Of a stretch of 64,000 nt of DNA, positions 52,063 to 62,483 are shown piece after piece. The number at the start of each line of letters is the position of its first letter. Within the stretch, counting starts at the first letter, position 1. The stretch spans positions 5,766,001-5,830,000 of the forward strand of contig JAWMAR010000024.1 in NCBI GenBank assembly GCA_036785375.1, in the 5' to 3' direction. Origin of the DNA: Leucoraja ocellata (lineage: Eukaryota). Under the pieces are notes generated by a model. That model was given only the letters and a program-made list of their open reading frames with translations, was not told the origin of the DNA and did not search any database. The translations under genes were made by a program, and so were the position numbers.

Positions 52063-52489
52063 AAACCAAAATGGCAGAGGAACTCAGTGGATCAGGCAGC
52101 ATCTGTGGTGGAATTGACTGGTGAGCATTTCTTGATTAGTAAGAGTGTCAACGGTTACTGGGAGAAGGTAGGAGAATGGGGTTAAGAGGGAAAGATAGAT
52201 CGTAGAAAATAGAAACATAGAAAATAGGTAGGCCATTCGGCCCTTCGAGCCTGCATGATTGAATGGTGGAGTAAACTTGATGGGCTGAATGGCCTACTTC
52301 TGCTCCTATGTCATGATCTTATGATGGTGTTTTGGGTTGGGGCCCTTCTTTAGACTCCCGAGAATTTAGCAGGATCCCTACATGAAATACAGTGTGCCCA
52401 TTCCCTCCACAGATGTTACCTGAACCACTCAGTTCCTCCAGGTCATTATTTATGCTCAAGATTTCAGCATCAGTATTTCCTTGTGTCTC
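52063..52489. mobile_element. Palindromic Penelope pseudo-LTR unit with nested CR1 tails
   Basis: gaggaactcagtggatcaggcagcatctgtgg versus ccacagatgttacctgaaccactcagttcctc. Imperfect 22-bp flanking repeat catgtgat.attattg..caaa. Confidence 0.65.
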
Positions 52490-53695
52490 CATGTGATTAT
52501 TATTGGTCAAATAGTGAAAATAAAAGTCTACTGCTCTCTCATTAAATACCCTAATATTACCATCATCGTGTTCTAGAAATCTGAAATGAGACCAGACAAG
52601 GTCAGTAGCATCATGGAAAGAGCAACAGTTAACATTTCGGTTCTGGAATACTTCATCAGAAAATAAAAAAATATCAGTGTCGGAGTAGGTGGTAATAGGA
52701 AGGGTAGAACAAAGGAATGATCTCTTGTAAGGTTACAAGCTCATCATTCTACTTATTGTGTGAAATGATGGGGTTTTTGGACCATGGATGGTGAGGTTGT
52801 GGGACATGCCCAGCAGGACAGTTGAAATGAATAGAAACAGAAAAATTGAATCAAAATGATCAGGCAGAATTTAGACCAATTCTATTGCAAATGGAAAAAT
52901 AGTTCCCTAAAGTTGGAGAATTCGATATCAGGTCCGGGAGGCTGCAACATGCTCAGATGGAAGATGACTCTTTATTCCTCAAGCTTACATTGGATCACAT
53001 TGTAACAGTGCAGGATGCTAGTGACAGAAAGGTCAGTCTGGGATGGAAAATTATAGAGGTAGGCAAGTGAAAGCTCTGGGTCACTCCTGCAGACTGCCAC
53101 AGGTGCATGACAAAGGTGATCCTTAATTGGAATTATGTGTTTCAACAATTTCTTGTAACGATCACCAACTTTGAAACCAAGATCATTCTATTAGCGAAGG
53201 TTACTCATTCCTTGTAATGTACATTATATTTGGATCATTATAACGAGGACCTGGGCCTCAGATTTGCAGAGCCCCAGTTATCCCAATTTTGATATTACCT
53301 AAAAGTCATTATTAGGCACTGTGCAGGCATAATCTGGCAAGTTGCTATTACCTGATTCCTTAAATGTATTAACATAATTATATTGTAACTCTTTACAGTT
53401 GTAATTTCTTTCTTTCAAAGATGTGGAATCAACATTACCATTGTTCCAGTAAAGTTAAAAAATTATGTTGCTGCTGACAGACTGGGGAGTAAAAGTTTGA
53501 TTGACAATGTAGGCAGGCATTCATCTGAATTTCAAGGTAGTTTTTTTTTTTAGTTTTTGTTTTTTTTTAAATACATTTTTATTGAGCCATTAAAAAATGG
53601 GTACAGATTATGTTGCCATATCCAAACTCATTTTTTCCAAATGTACATATCGAAGCAGAACTTTTGAGTATTATACAAAAAAAATGGACGGGCAT

Positions 53696-53899
53696 NNNNN
53701 NNNNNNNNNNNNNNNNNNNNNNNNNNNNNNNNNNNNNNNNNNNNNNNNNNNNNNNNNNNNNNNNNNNNNNNNNNNNNNNNNNNNNNNNNNNNNNNNNNNN
53801 NNNNNNNNNNNNNNNNNNNNNNNNNNNNNNNNNNNNNNNNNNNNNNNNNNNNNNNNNNNNNNNNNNNNNNNNNNNNNNNNNNNNNNNNNNNNNNNNNNN
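53696..53899. other. Assembly gap (204 N)
   Basis: Run of n characters. Confidence 1.
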
Positions 53900-54380
53900 A
53901 ACTCCTCTTCAGGGGTCCCCGGCGAGGTACCCCACTCCTGATGATAAGTCCCCGCCGCACCCGCAGTAGAAGTTGGCCGCGGGCCGGCGGTCGGAGCTCT
54001 TCTCCTCCCGGGTCCCCAACGAGGGATCCCAGGCTGCAGACGCTGCGCTAGCTGGAGCTCCGCAGACCGCGGCTTCAGGCTGCCGCGGGACAGCAACAAG
54101 AGTCCACGCTGCACCCGCCGCTGAAGCCCCGGGTACGTCTCCGGAAAAGCCCACACCGATCCTCGATGTTAGGCCATGGGGGAGGCGACATGGAAAAAGC
54201 CTCTACGTGGACGAGGCGACCAAAATGGTTTCCCCCTTATCCCCCCCCCCACACCACCCCCCACACAAGACACACCAAGAGACATTAAAAACATACATTG
54301 GGACCCACTAAAGAAATATAAAATGTAGAAAAAAACTAACACGCCGCTGGCAGGGCTGCCGGCTTGCAGCGTCCCCACCG
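53900..54380 (-). mobile_element. GC/CpG-rich segment, probably the 5' region of an unclassified retroelement abutting the gap
   Basis: Abrupt GC-rich, CpG-retaining block with sharp borders in an AT-rich intron. No credible protein. Confidence 0.4.
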
Positions 54381-55937
54381 ACCTGTGAGTACTGATAGAG
54401 TAATAGAAAGCTCGAGCTTATATTCCAGGTTGAGTTGCTTTCCATACTTATTCTATACTTATCCTGCACTAAGATGAGCATAGAAAATCAACCCTGGTCC
54501 ACATTTGAGCATTAATGGAAAGCAGCATTTGTTTAATCCAAATACTTATTTTCTGGTATAAGTGGCATCCAAACTCAACTGGGTTGAAAAGAAATGAGTA
54601 TAAAATGCATTGGCGAAAATTAAAAAATTCTGCCTGATGACTCCAATGGATGTCAGATATGGATCAAACCCAACATCAGTTAAATGAAGTGAAAATTGTA
54701 TTCTTGGCTTGATAAAGATGAAAATGGATTTCTGGTCATGAACTAGATGTACATGTCACTTTTTAAAAAGGTGTTAGCAATTTACTTCACCAACTAAAGT
54801 GTGGATTCCATATGATACTGGACTCAAAATCTGTGCAATCAATAAAAGCTTCTACCTCATTACGTTTATAATAAAGGGCTATAGATCTGCACAGCATAAA
54901 TGTTAGTAAGTTGGAAATTTGCAAGGACAGGCTTGTGTTGATTTTGTCATCTAACACAACATCGCCACCTTGAGGCACAATGTACTCAGTGTTGTATTCA
55001 TCAGTGTTTGTAACAGTAAAATATTCTCAGAATTAAACAGTGTGGAAATTGCCCCATATGCATTTCTAATGACTTCAAATTGGACTTCAGGACCTCTCAT
55101 TTAGCTTTGGTGTGTATATTGAACCTAGAGATTACTGTTAATAACAGGGAATGCATAATCAATATTTACTCTAACAGGGGGATAGTTGAACCCATTTAAA
55201 ATAGACCAGTTAACAAACCTGTAGCACCTTAATAGTTAGGAATGTAAGACTAGAAATAGGCAATACTAACCCATTAGTTTGCTTCTCCGTTCAATAAGAT
55301 AATAACACCTGTTCTTCAACCTTTCATATATCTTGATCTTCTTACTCAAGAAAAGTCTGTCAGTTCAATTCTAGAAATGCAACATTATAGGCAGGAGGTC
55401 TCCAAATTTCTACCAAATGTTATCAGAAAATAATATTTCCCAAACCCATTCCCAAGTAACCTATTTCTAATTTATAGCTGCAGTTATTGCTCCAGTTTGC
55501 AGCATTTGCAGTCTCTTGTGCCTCTAACATCATTATAATTTTAACTTATTGTCCGACTCAAAGGACAACAAATGTTCAAACAATATTTATTTAATGTAAC
55601 TCAATCTCAATAATGTTTCTTGATAAATTGGAAGCATGTTCCACTAAATTCAGGATGTTAGACTAAATTTCTAATTTGCTTCAAGTTTGAACTGCGCAAT
55701 TTCCTTTTTTCTGCAGCACATTAGTTTGCAATAAAAACAGTAAGGAATTCTTTAGTGACTATTCCTCTTGCCTAAGTTATCCTATTAGGAGGCTAGATGG
55801 TTTGGGTCAGTATACCTTGAATTTTAAAAGAACGATGAGTGACCTTATTTAAACATGTAAGATGTAAGATCCACAGGGAGTTTGACAGGGCAGCTGTTTA
55901 TCTTTGGTTTAAATGTTTTCACTCGTGGGCAAACAAT

Positions 55938-56157
55938 AATAATAATATAATAATCTTATTTATATAGCACATTTTTAGTCAACTTGCATTGACCCCAAAG
56001 TGCTTCACATAATTACATTACATTTACACACAGGCAAAGGTGGGTGAAGTGTCTTGCCCCAAGGACACAACGACAGTATGCACTCCAAGCGGGATTCGAA
56101 CCGGCTACCTTCCGGTCGCCAGCCGAACACTTAGCCCATTGCGCCATCTGTCGTCCC
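55938..56157 (-). mobile_element. tRNA-derived CORE-type SINE, full length
   Basis: A-box TGGCGCAATGG, B-box GGTTCGAATCC, CORE-like tgtgtccttggggcaagacactt, L2-like tail gtgaagcactttg...tgctatataaataa(att)n, TSD acaat. Confidence 0.85.
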
Positions 56158-56250
56158 ACAATGGGGCATAATGGGTCGTAGCTAAAATGGGGGACAGATA
56201 AAACTGAAGTGTGTAGAAAATTCTTCTCTCAGATGATAGTGAAGCTCTTA

Positions 56251-56545
56251 TGGGCCTGTCCCACTTTCCCGAGTTATTCACGAATTCTCCCGAGTTTTCA
56301 AACTCGCAGAATGTTCGTAACGAGTCCGTAGGAGGCTGTAGGAGTCCATGGATATATCGTAGCAGCTCGTTATGCCAGCCGTAGGTACTCGGGGCTATTA
56401 TTTTACTGGTGGACGTTTTTCAACATGCTGAAAAAACGTCCCAACATACCTGATATACGGGCTCCTACAGACCCGTTACGAACATTCTGCGAGTTTGAAA
56501 ACTCGGGAGAATTTGTGAATAACTCGGGAAAGTGTGATTGGCCCT
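56251..56545. mobile_element. PIF/Harbinger-type MITE
   Basis: About 85-bp TIRs (gggcctgtcccactttcccgagttattcacgaattctcccgag...) with TTA duplicated on both sides. Confidence 0.85.
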
Positions 56546-56583
56546 TTAATCTCTGCACCCAATGTTGATGGAGGACAGATTAT

Positions 56584-56974
56584 TAGGTCCACCACCAATT
56601 TTCCCACAACTGGTGATCCAGCACCTCCTTCAAAAACCGGACAAAATTAAGAGGGCATACTTGAAATTCCCCCCCCCCCCCCCTTCCCCCCAGAATTCAC
56701 CAAAAAATGTGGCACATAAGCCACATGACGTGCCCAATCTCGATTTCACCAGGACTTCTGCGGCCGATTAGCAGGTTGAATTTGCGCCCTATGGTCGGTG
56801 CTCTGGAACTCCGGCCTGGCTGCAGCTGACAGACCCATACCCATAGCTTATTTCCGAGACGACTTTGTGGGCGATCATCTTGGCCCCTCGAAGGCCCAAA
56901 CAGCCATTTCCGGTACCGTTCGATAATCCAAAAAGAGTCTGGACCAGGGGGGCATAAAATCAGTGGTGGACCTA
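56584..56974. mobile_element. Tc1/mariner-like (pogo/Tigger-type) MITE
   Basis: TIRs taggtccaccaccaattt and aaatcagtggtggaccta with TA-rich flanks. Confidence 0.6.
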
Positions 56975-57519
56975 TAGTCATTTAAGGTGGAGGTGGATAA
57001 GGGACTGTTGGTGGAGGTGCAGGAAACTCTGCACTGTCGAGTGTGGCTACCTGGATTGAAGAAGGGATGGTGTGGTGGGAGCAGATTTGATAGTGGTGTT
57101 TAAGAGTTCTTTAGGTAGCCATATAGAGTCATGTAATTTAGGGATATGGATCATGTGTAAGACAAGGAGATTAACGTGGCATTATGTTCGGCACAGACAT
57201 AATGGGGTTCTATGTTCTATGATTCTTGTTTTTAGACCAAATGTGGAATAGTTTGGTTTGCTTATTTAACCAAGACCGCTATCATTAAGGCAATCATTAT
57301 TATTCATGGGAGCTGGCAATAGTTTTTTCAACTAACATTTAATTTCAGGATCAGTTCCATGATTTTGCAGTTGCAGGAGCAGAGATCCAGAGAAGGAAAA
57401 GGGAGTCACAGAGTTGCTTCCTCATTTCCAACCATGCCCTGATCGGAAGGTGGCTCTCATGTTGAATTAGATAATTGTTTGGTGCATAATTCTATTGTTG
57501 GAGGTGGTGATGAGGCTTT

Positions 57520-57770
57520 GTTTAGCTTAGATTAATTTAGCTTAGTTTAGCTTAAATATGTGGAAGCAAGGCCCTTTGACACACTTTGTCCACACCGACA
57601 ATCAATCACCCATACACTAGTCCAATTAACCTACAAACCTGCATGCCTCTTGAATGTGGGAGAAAACCCACAAAGTCACAGGGAGAAGGTGCAAACTCCG
57701 CACGGACAGCACTCGTCGTCGGGATTTAATCCAATTTCTCTGGCGCTGTGAGGCAGCAGCTCTAGTGTTG
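57520..57770 (-). mobile_element. HE1-type V-SINE
   Basis: (ttagc/tttag) tail, ccaattaacctacaaacctg, ctggcgctgtgaggcagcagc head. Confidence 0.75.
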
Positions 57771-58360
57771 TCCAAAGCTTCATCGGTAGACTTGATTTCA
57801 TACCTTAGACGCTGTAGAAATATGTGAAAGATGAAGGAAAGGAAAACAAAGTTGAATTCTCAAGATACATTAGAAGTGGCCAAACAATCATTGGAGGAAG
57901 AGATGGATTTCTACAGACAAAAGGCATCAATGGGTGTGAAGAGAGATCAGGTATATGGTCTTGGGATGTAAATGTTAGACAGCAGAGTCGACTCTGGCCT
58001 GCTCCTTTGTTTCTATGAGTACCTTCCATGGCTGAACTCACCTTTGAGTTGTGCGCAAGGAATAAGTTATGAATTACTCTTGTGACTCTTTAATGCATAA
58101 ATATTAAGTTCTGAATATTTTTTTCATTAAAGCACCTTGGATGTTGAAAATCTGAGATAAAGATTGTTTCTGCGGGAAAAAATTAGACAGCAGCATCTGT
58201 TAAGAGAGAATTAAAGTCACTTGAGGTTGCAAGGTGACCTGATAGAAAGCATTGTAATTGTACCCTTGTCTACCACCTCTGTCCACACCACCTTCTGTGT
58301 GGAACAACTGACCCCTCAGATTTCCTCAAATCTTTCCTCTCTTCCCTTAAACTTGTGCCC

Positions 58361-58400
58361 TTAGCCTGAAGAAGGGTGCAAGCCCGAAACGTCTCTCTAG
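58361..58400 (+). ncRNA. Minimal type I hammerhead-like core (Penelope pseudo-LTR derived)
   Basis: CUGAAGA agggugcaagccc GAAAC GUC. Stem I flanks do not pair well. Confidence 0.5.
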
Positions 58401-58810
58401 ATGGGACTTGTTGGGCAAGTTAGGCTGAAGGGCCTATTTCTATGCTGTATGACTCTATGACTATAAGTGTATAAAATTATGAGAGGCATAGATGTAGACA
58501 ATCCGAACCTTTTTCCCAGGATGAAAATATCAAACACTAGTGGGCACACCTGTAAGGTGAGAGGGGCAAAGTTTCAAAGAGATGTGTGAGGAGGCAAGCT
58601 TTTTACACAGAGGGTGGTGAGCTCCTGGAACATGCTGTCAGGGTTGGTGATCGATGCAGGGATAACAGTGGCATGTAAGCGATAGGCATGTATATATGCA
58701 GGGAATGGAGGGATATGGATTACATGCAGATGGATATAATAGATGGTCTTAGACATATTCGACATAGACATTGTGGGCCAAAGGACTTATTTCTATGTTG
58801 TTCAATATTC
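58400..58810 (+). mobile_element. CR1/HER1 3' fragments
   Basis: gctgaagggcctatttc...tatgactc tail, followed by gtgtataaaattatgagaggcatagat...tttacacagagggtggtg. Confidence 0.75.
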
Positions 58811-58965
58811 TGTGTTTCAGGTCAATGAACTCCTGTGATGAAAGGTTATCAATATGACATGTTAATTTTATTAAACTTTCTTACAATTTAGCCAATATCC
58901 AGGTGAAGCTGACAATGTTCCTGTCAGGTGTTTGCATTTTACCTGCCTTGATTCATGTAGTTTCC

Positions 58966-59160
58966 ATAGTCTGAAGAAGCGTCCTGACCATAAACATTGC
59001 CTATTCATGTTCTCCAGAGATGCTGCCTGGCATTCTGAGTTATTTGTGTCGCAATTATTACGTGTTTCCCATGGACTCCAGAGATGCTTCCTGATCCACT
59101 GAGTTATTCAAGTACTTTGTGTCACTTTTGGTAAACCAGCATCTGCAGTTCTTTGTATCT
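58966..59160 (+). mobile_element. Two tandem Penelope pseudo-LTR fragments
   Basis: ctccagagatgct.cctg...ctgagttatt occurs twice in direct orientation. Confidence 0.65.
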
Positions 59161-59947
59161 CAGTAATAATTATGTCAGCTGCAGCTCTGGAATGTGGGAG
59201 GAAACTGGATAACCTGTAATGGTCAGATGAGATGTTAAACCAAGGCTTCGTATGTCACTATAGATAATTTTTCCCATTATTTTTGTTTGGAATCTGGATA
59301 TTGCTAGCAATACCAAAATTTGTTCCCCACTCCAAACACCCCTTGACTGACTCTATGGTGAAGGTACTTCCATGATATTATTGGGTTGAGAGTTTCAGGA
59401 CTTAGACTCAGCAAAGATGAAGGATCATTAATATATTTCCAAGTCAAGCTGAAGTACTTGGAAGTGAATCAGCAGATGATGTTGAACACATTGACATGCT
59501 ACTGTTGTCCCTCTTGTGATTGAAGGCATGGGTTTGGAAGGTTTAATGAGTGTAGCCTGGGTGATTAACTGAAGTGCATTTTGTAGATGGTACACACTAC
59601 AGCTATGATGCGCTAATGATGGAATCAAGAGAATGGCCTGCACGCTCAAGTCAGTCAAGAGTTTGATCGTCATATGCATTGGGACCGGAACAACTTCTAA
59701 ACCTTGTTCAAAACGGCTGCACACTGATTAATTTAGAGAAGGAAGATAGTCAGTGGCAAGCAAGAGGAGCTTTCTTTGCCCAATTACCTAATTAAGCAAA
59801 GAACTGCAAATGCTGGTTTACACCGAAGGTGGACACAAAATGTTCATCACAAAATAACTCAGTGGAACAGGCAGCATCTCTGGAGAGAACGAATAGGTAA
59901 AGAAGGGTCTCGACCCAAAATGTCACCCATTCCTTCTCTCCAGAGAT

Positions 59948-60438
59948 ACTACCAGAGATTTTTACTAGAATGTTGCCTGGGTTTCAACAACTAAGTTATA
60001 GAGAAAGGTTGAATAAGTTAGGTCTTTATTCTCTGGAGCGCAGAAGGTTAAGGGGGGACTTGATAGAGGTCTTTAAAATGATGAGAGGGATAGACAGAGT
60101 TGATGTGGACAAGCTTTTCCCTTTGAGAATAGGGAAGATTCAAACAAGAGGACATTTCTTCAAAATTAAGGGACAGAAGTTTAGGGGTAACATGAGGGGG
60201 AATTTCTTTACTCAGAGATTGGTAGCGGTGTGGAATGAGCTTCCAGTGGAAGTGGTGGAGGCAGGTTCGTTGGTATCATTTAAAAATAAATTGGATAGGC
60301 ATATGGATGAGAAGGGAATGGAGGGTTATGGCATGAGTGCAGGCAGGTGAGACTAAGGGAAAATAATTGTTCGGCACGGACTTGTAGGGCCGAGATGGCC
60401 TGTTTCCGTGCTGTAATTGTTATATGGTTATATGGTTA
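59948..60438 (+). mobile_element. CR1 3' fragment nested in a palindromic pseudo-LTR unit (59795-60480)
   Basis: ORF 59970..60350 LSYRERLNKLGLYSLERRRLRGDLIEVFK...FFTQRLVAVWNELP with (tatggtta) tail. The host arm resumes at cctgtcccgctgatttactccagc. Confidence 0.9.
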
Positions 60439-61688
60439 CCTGTCCCGCTGATTTACTCCAGCATGTTGTGTCTATCTTCGACCTGATTCAGTACTCTGAA
60501 CAAGAACAAGGTAGCTATCCTTAGTGTCCTCATCCTTAATTCAACATCATCAACTGGTCATTATCTCACAGCTGTTAATAAGAGCTTAACAAGTATAGGT
60601 TGAAGGCATATTTCCTTCATTAGAACATTGTTTTCAGGCAATGTGGGGCAGGGATGGTGCATTGTATAAATGCAGGGAGAGATTGGTAAGACTGTAATGT
60701 GAATAATGTTTGGTTGGTCTACATTAGAAAATGACGAGGAAAGTATAATTCCTCCTAGATATGTATTGATATTCTAAGCTAGTTATCAGTGAATACATGA
60801 AGTAGTTTGCAAGATCATTTTCTATGAGATTTGGTTCTTCAAAAGAGAAAGGTTTCTATTGAAATGGTGCCGCAACTGTTTGTGGGTCTTTTTGACTCTT
60901 GACTGTAATGCCTGTGCTTGAATATGCTCCAGAATATACCACTATAACTGAAGTGACGTGACATAGGACGGAAAGGTAAATGCGGCAAGCAAAAGAAATA
61001 ACATTATAGTATATCCCGTAAGAAACTGATTCGAAAATAAAATATTAAAAATGTTGAACAAAAGATAATGAAGAGAAAAGGGAAAAAAGTGACATAGCAA
61101 TATAAGTAGGATGTGAGTTGCAGTGGAAGGAGTGGTGCTACGGATAAAGAAGATAATTCATGCTTGGAAGTTGGAAGATTATATCAGCTCAGATATTTAT
61201 CAAGGATGAGGATGCTGCCAAAATCGTAGAAGGGGAGGTAGTAGAGACGGAGTGAAATTTCCTAATGAGGAGGTACAGAACAAGATACGAAACAGGACAA
61301 GCAAGAGATGCTGGAGCTTCTTCCACCTTTTAGTAAGATGTTGGCTGGTCCAATCTTGGCCTCAGTGACACTAGAAGGGCTGGTTCTACTTAAAGAAAAC
61401 AATTTATCTGATCTGCATCGTGAGTTGCAAAGGAAGGTGTGGCCACTGTAGAAGTGCTTGCCGTAATCTTCCAGGATACAGGGGAAGCTTCTTTAGATAC
61501 AGGAGAAACCCCAGGGCAATGGGAAATGACAAACATTTGATTTAGGTTTATTATTGTCACATGTACTGAGACAGTGAAAACATTTGTTGTGCATTCCATC
61601 CAGGCAGATCAGACCACACATAAGTACATACATATAGCAAGGTAGTGCAAAAGAGAGAAGAAAATGCAGAATGTAGTATGCAGTGTTA

Positions 61689-61914
61689 TGCCCCTGTTCC
61701 ACTTAGGAAACCTGAACGGAAACCTCTGGAGACTTTGCGCCCCACCCAAGGTTTCCGTGCGGATCACGGAGGTTTTTGTCAGTCTCCCGACATGCTTCCA
61801 CTACCTGCAACCTCAGGCAACCACCTGCAACCTCCGGGAACCACACGGAAACCTTGGGTGGGGCGCAAAGTCTCCAGAGGTTTCCGTTCAGGTTTCCGAA
61901 GTGGGACAGGGGCA
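61689..61914. mobile_element. PIF/Harbinger-type MITE (226 bp)
   Basis: Near-perfect long TIRs tgcccctg.tccactt.ggaaacctgaacggaaacctctggagactttgcgccccacccaaggtttccgtg. TTA TSD at 61686-61688 and 61915-61917. Confidence 0.9.
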
Positions 61915-62348
61915 TTACAACTACAGTTAGAGTGCAGATTTTTAAAAAAGGGCATGAGGTGCAACACAGTACATTGGAAGATCAAGAATTCATCTTAACA
62001 TGTGGGAGAAGTTTCCAAGAATTGGATGATAGCAGGAAATAAGCTGCTCTTGAATCTGGTGATATGTGCTTTCGAACCTCCGTATCATCTGCCTTACGGG
62101 AGAGGGGGATCCTTGATTATGTTGGTTGTTTTCCCGAGGGAGCGGGAATTATCGATGGAGTCAATGCATGATGTTTTGGGTTCCCTTCACAAATCTTTGC
62201 AATTTCTTATGGTCTTGGGCGGATCAGTTGGCATACCAAACTGTGATGCATCTGGATAAGATCCATTTGATGGTGAATCGGTAAAAATTGGTGAGAGGCA
62301 TTGGAAACATACCGAATGTCTTCAACTTTCTGAGAGAGCAGAGGCACT

Positions 62349-62483
62349 TCTTCTTCTTGCGTATGGCGTGCACAGCCTAAAGTTGTAGGTCAACTTGTTC
62401 TATTTGATCTTGTTTGTGCAAGTCGGGTTGATTGCATTAGTGGAAACAGGGTGGACCACGTGAAGGTTGCAATCTCCCACTCC
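62349..62483 (-). mobile_element. Short ribozyme-headed retroposon (SIDE/SINE-like), copy 2
   Basis: Perfect 12-bp TSD agcagaggcact (62337-62348 and 62484-62495) and a (GAA)n tail. Inserted into a Rex1/Babar remnant. Confidence 0.88.
62430..62483 (-). ncRNA. Minimal HDV/CPEB3-like ribozyme (predicted), 54 nt
   Basis: GGAGUGG GA GAUUGCA ACC UUCACGU GGU CCACCCU GU UUCC A CUAA UGCAAUC. One A.C mismatch in P1; J4/2 CUAA keeps the catalytic C. Confidence 0.78.

Noticed and set aside
53597-54311. ORFs spanning or adjoining the N gap
   Set aside because: Artefacts of N runs and high GC content.
54340-54380. Possible pseudoknot at the minus-strand start of the GC-rich element (GGUGGGG/CCCUGCC; ACGCUGC/GCGGCGU)
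   Set aside because: Lacks HDV P3/L3 and the catalytic C-x-AA junction, so not called a ribozyme.
56085-56157. tRNA-like sequence with A and B boxes
   Set aside because: It is the head of a SINE with CORE domain, tail and TSD, not a tRNA gene.
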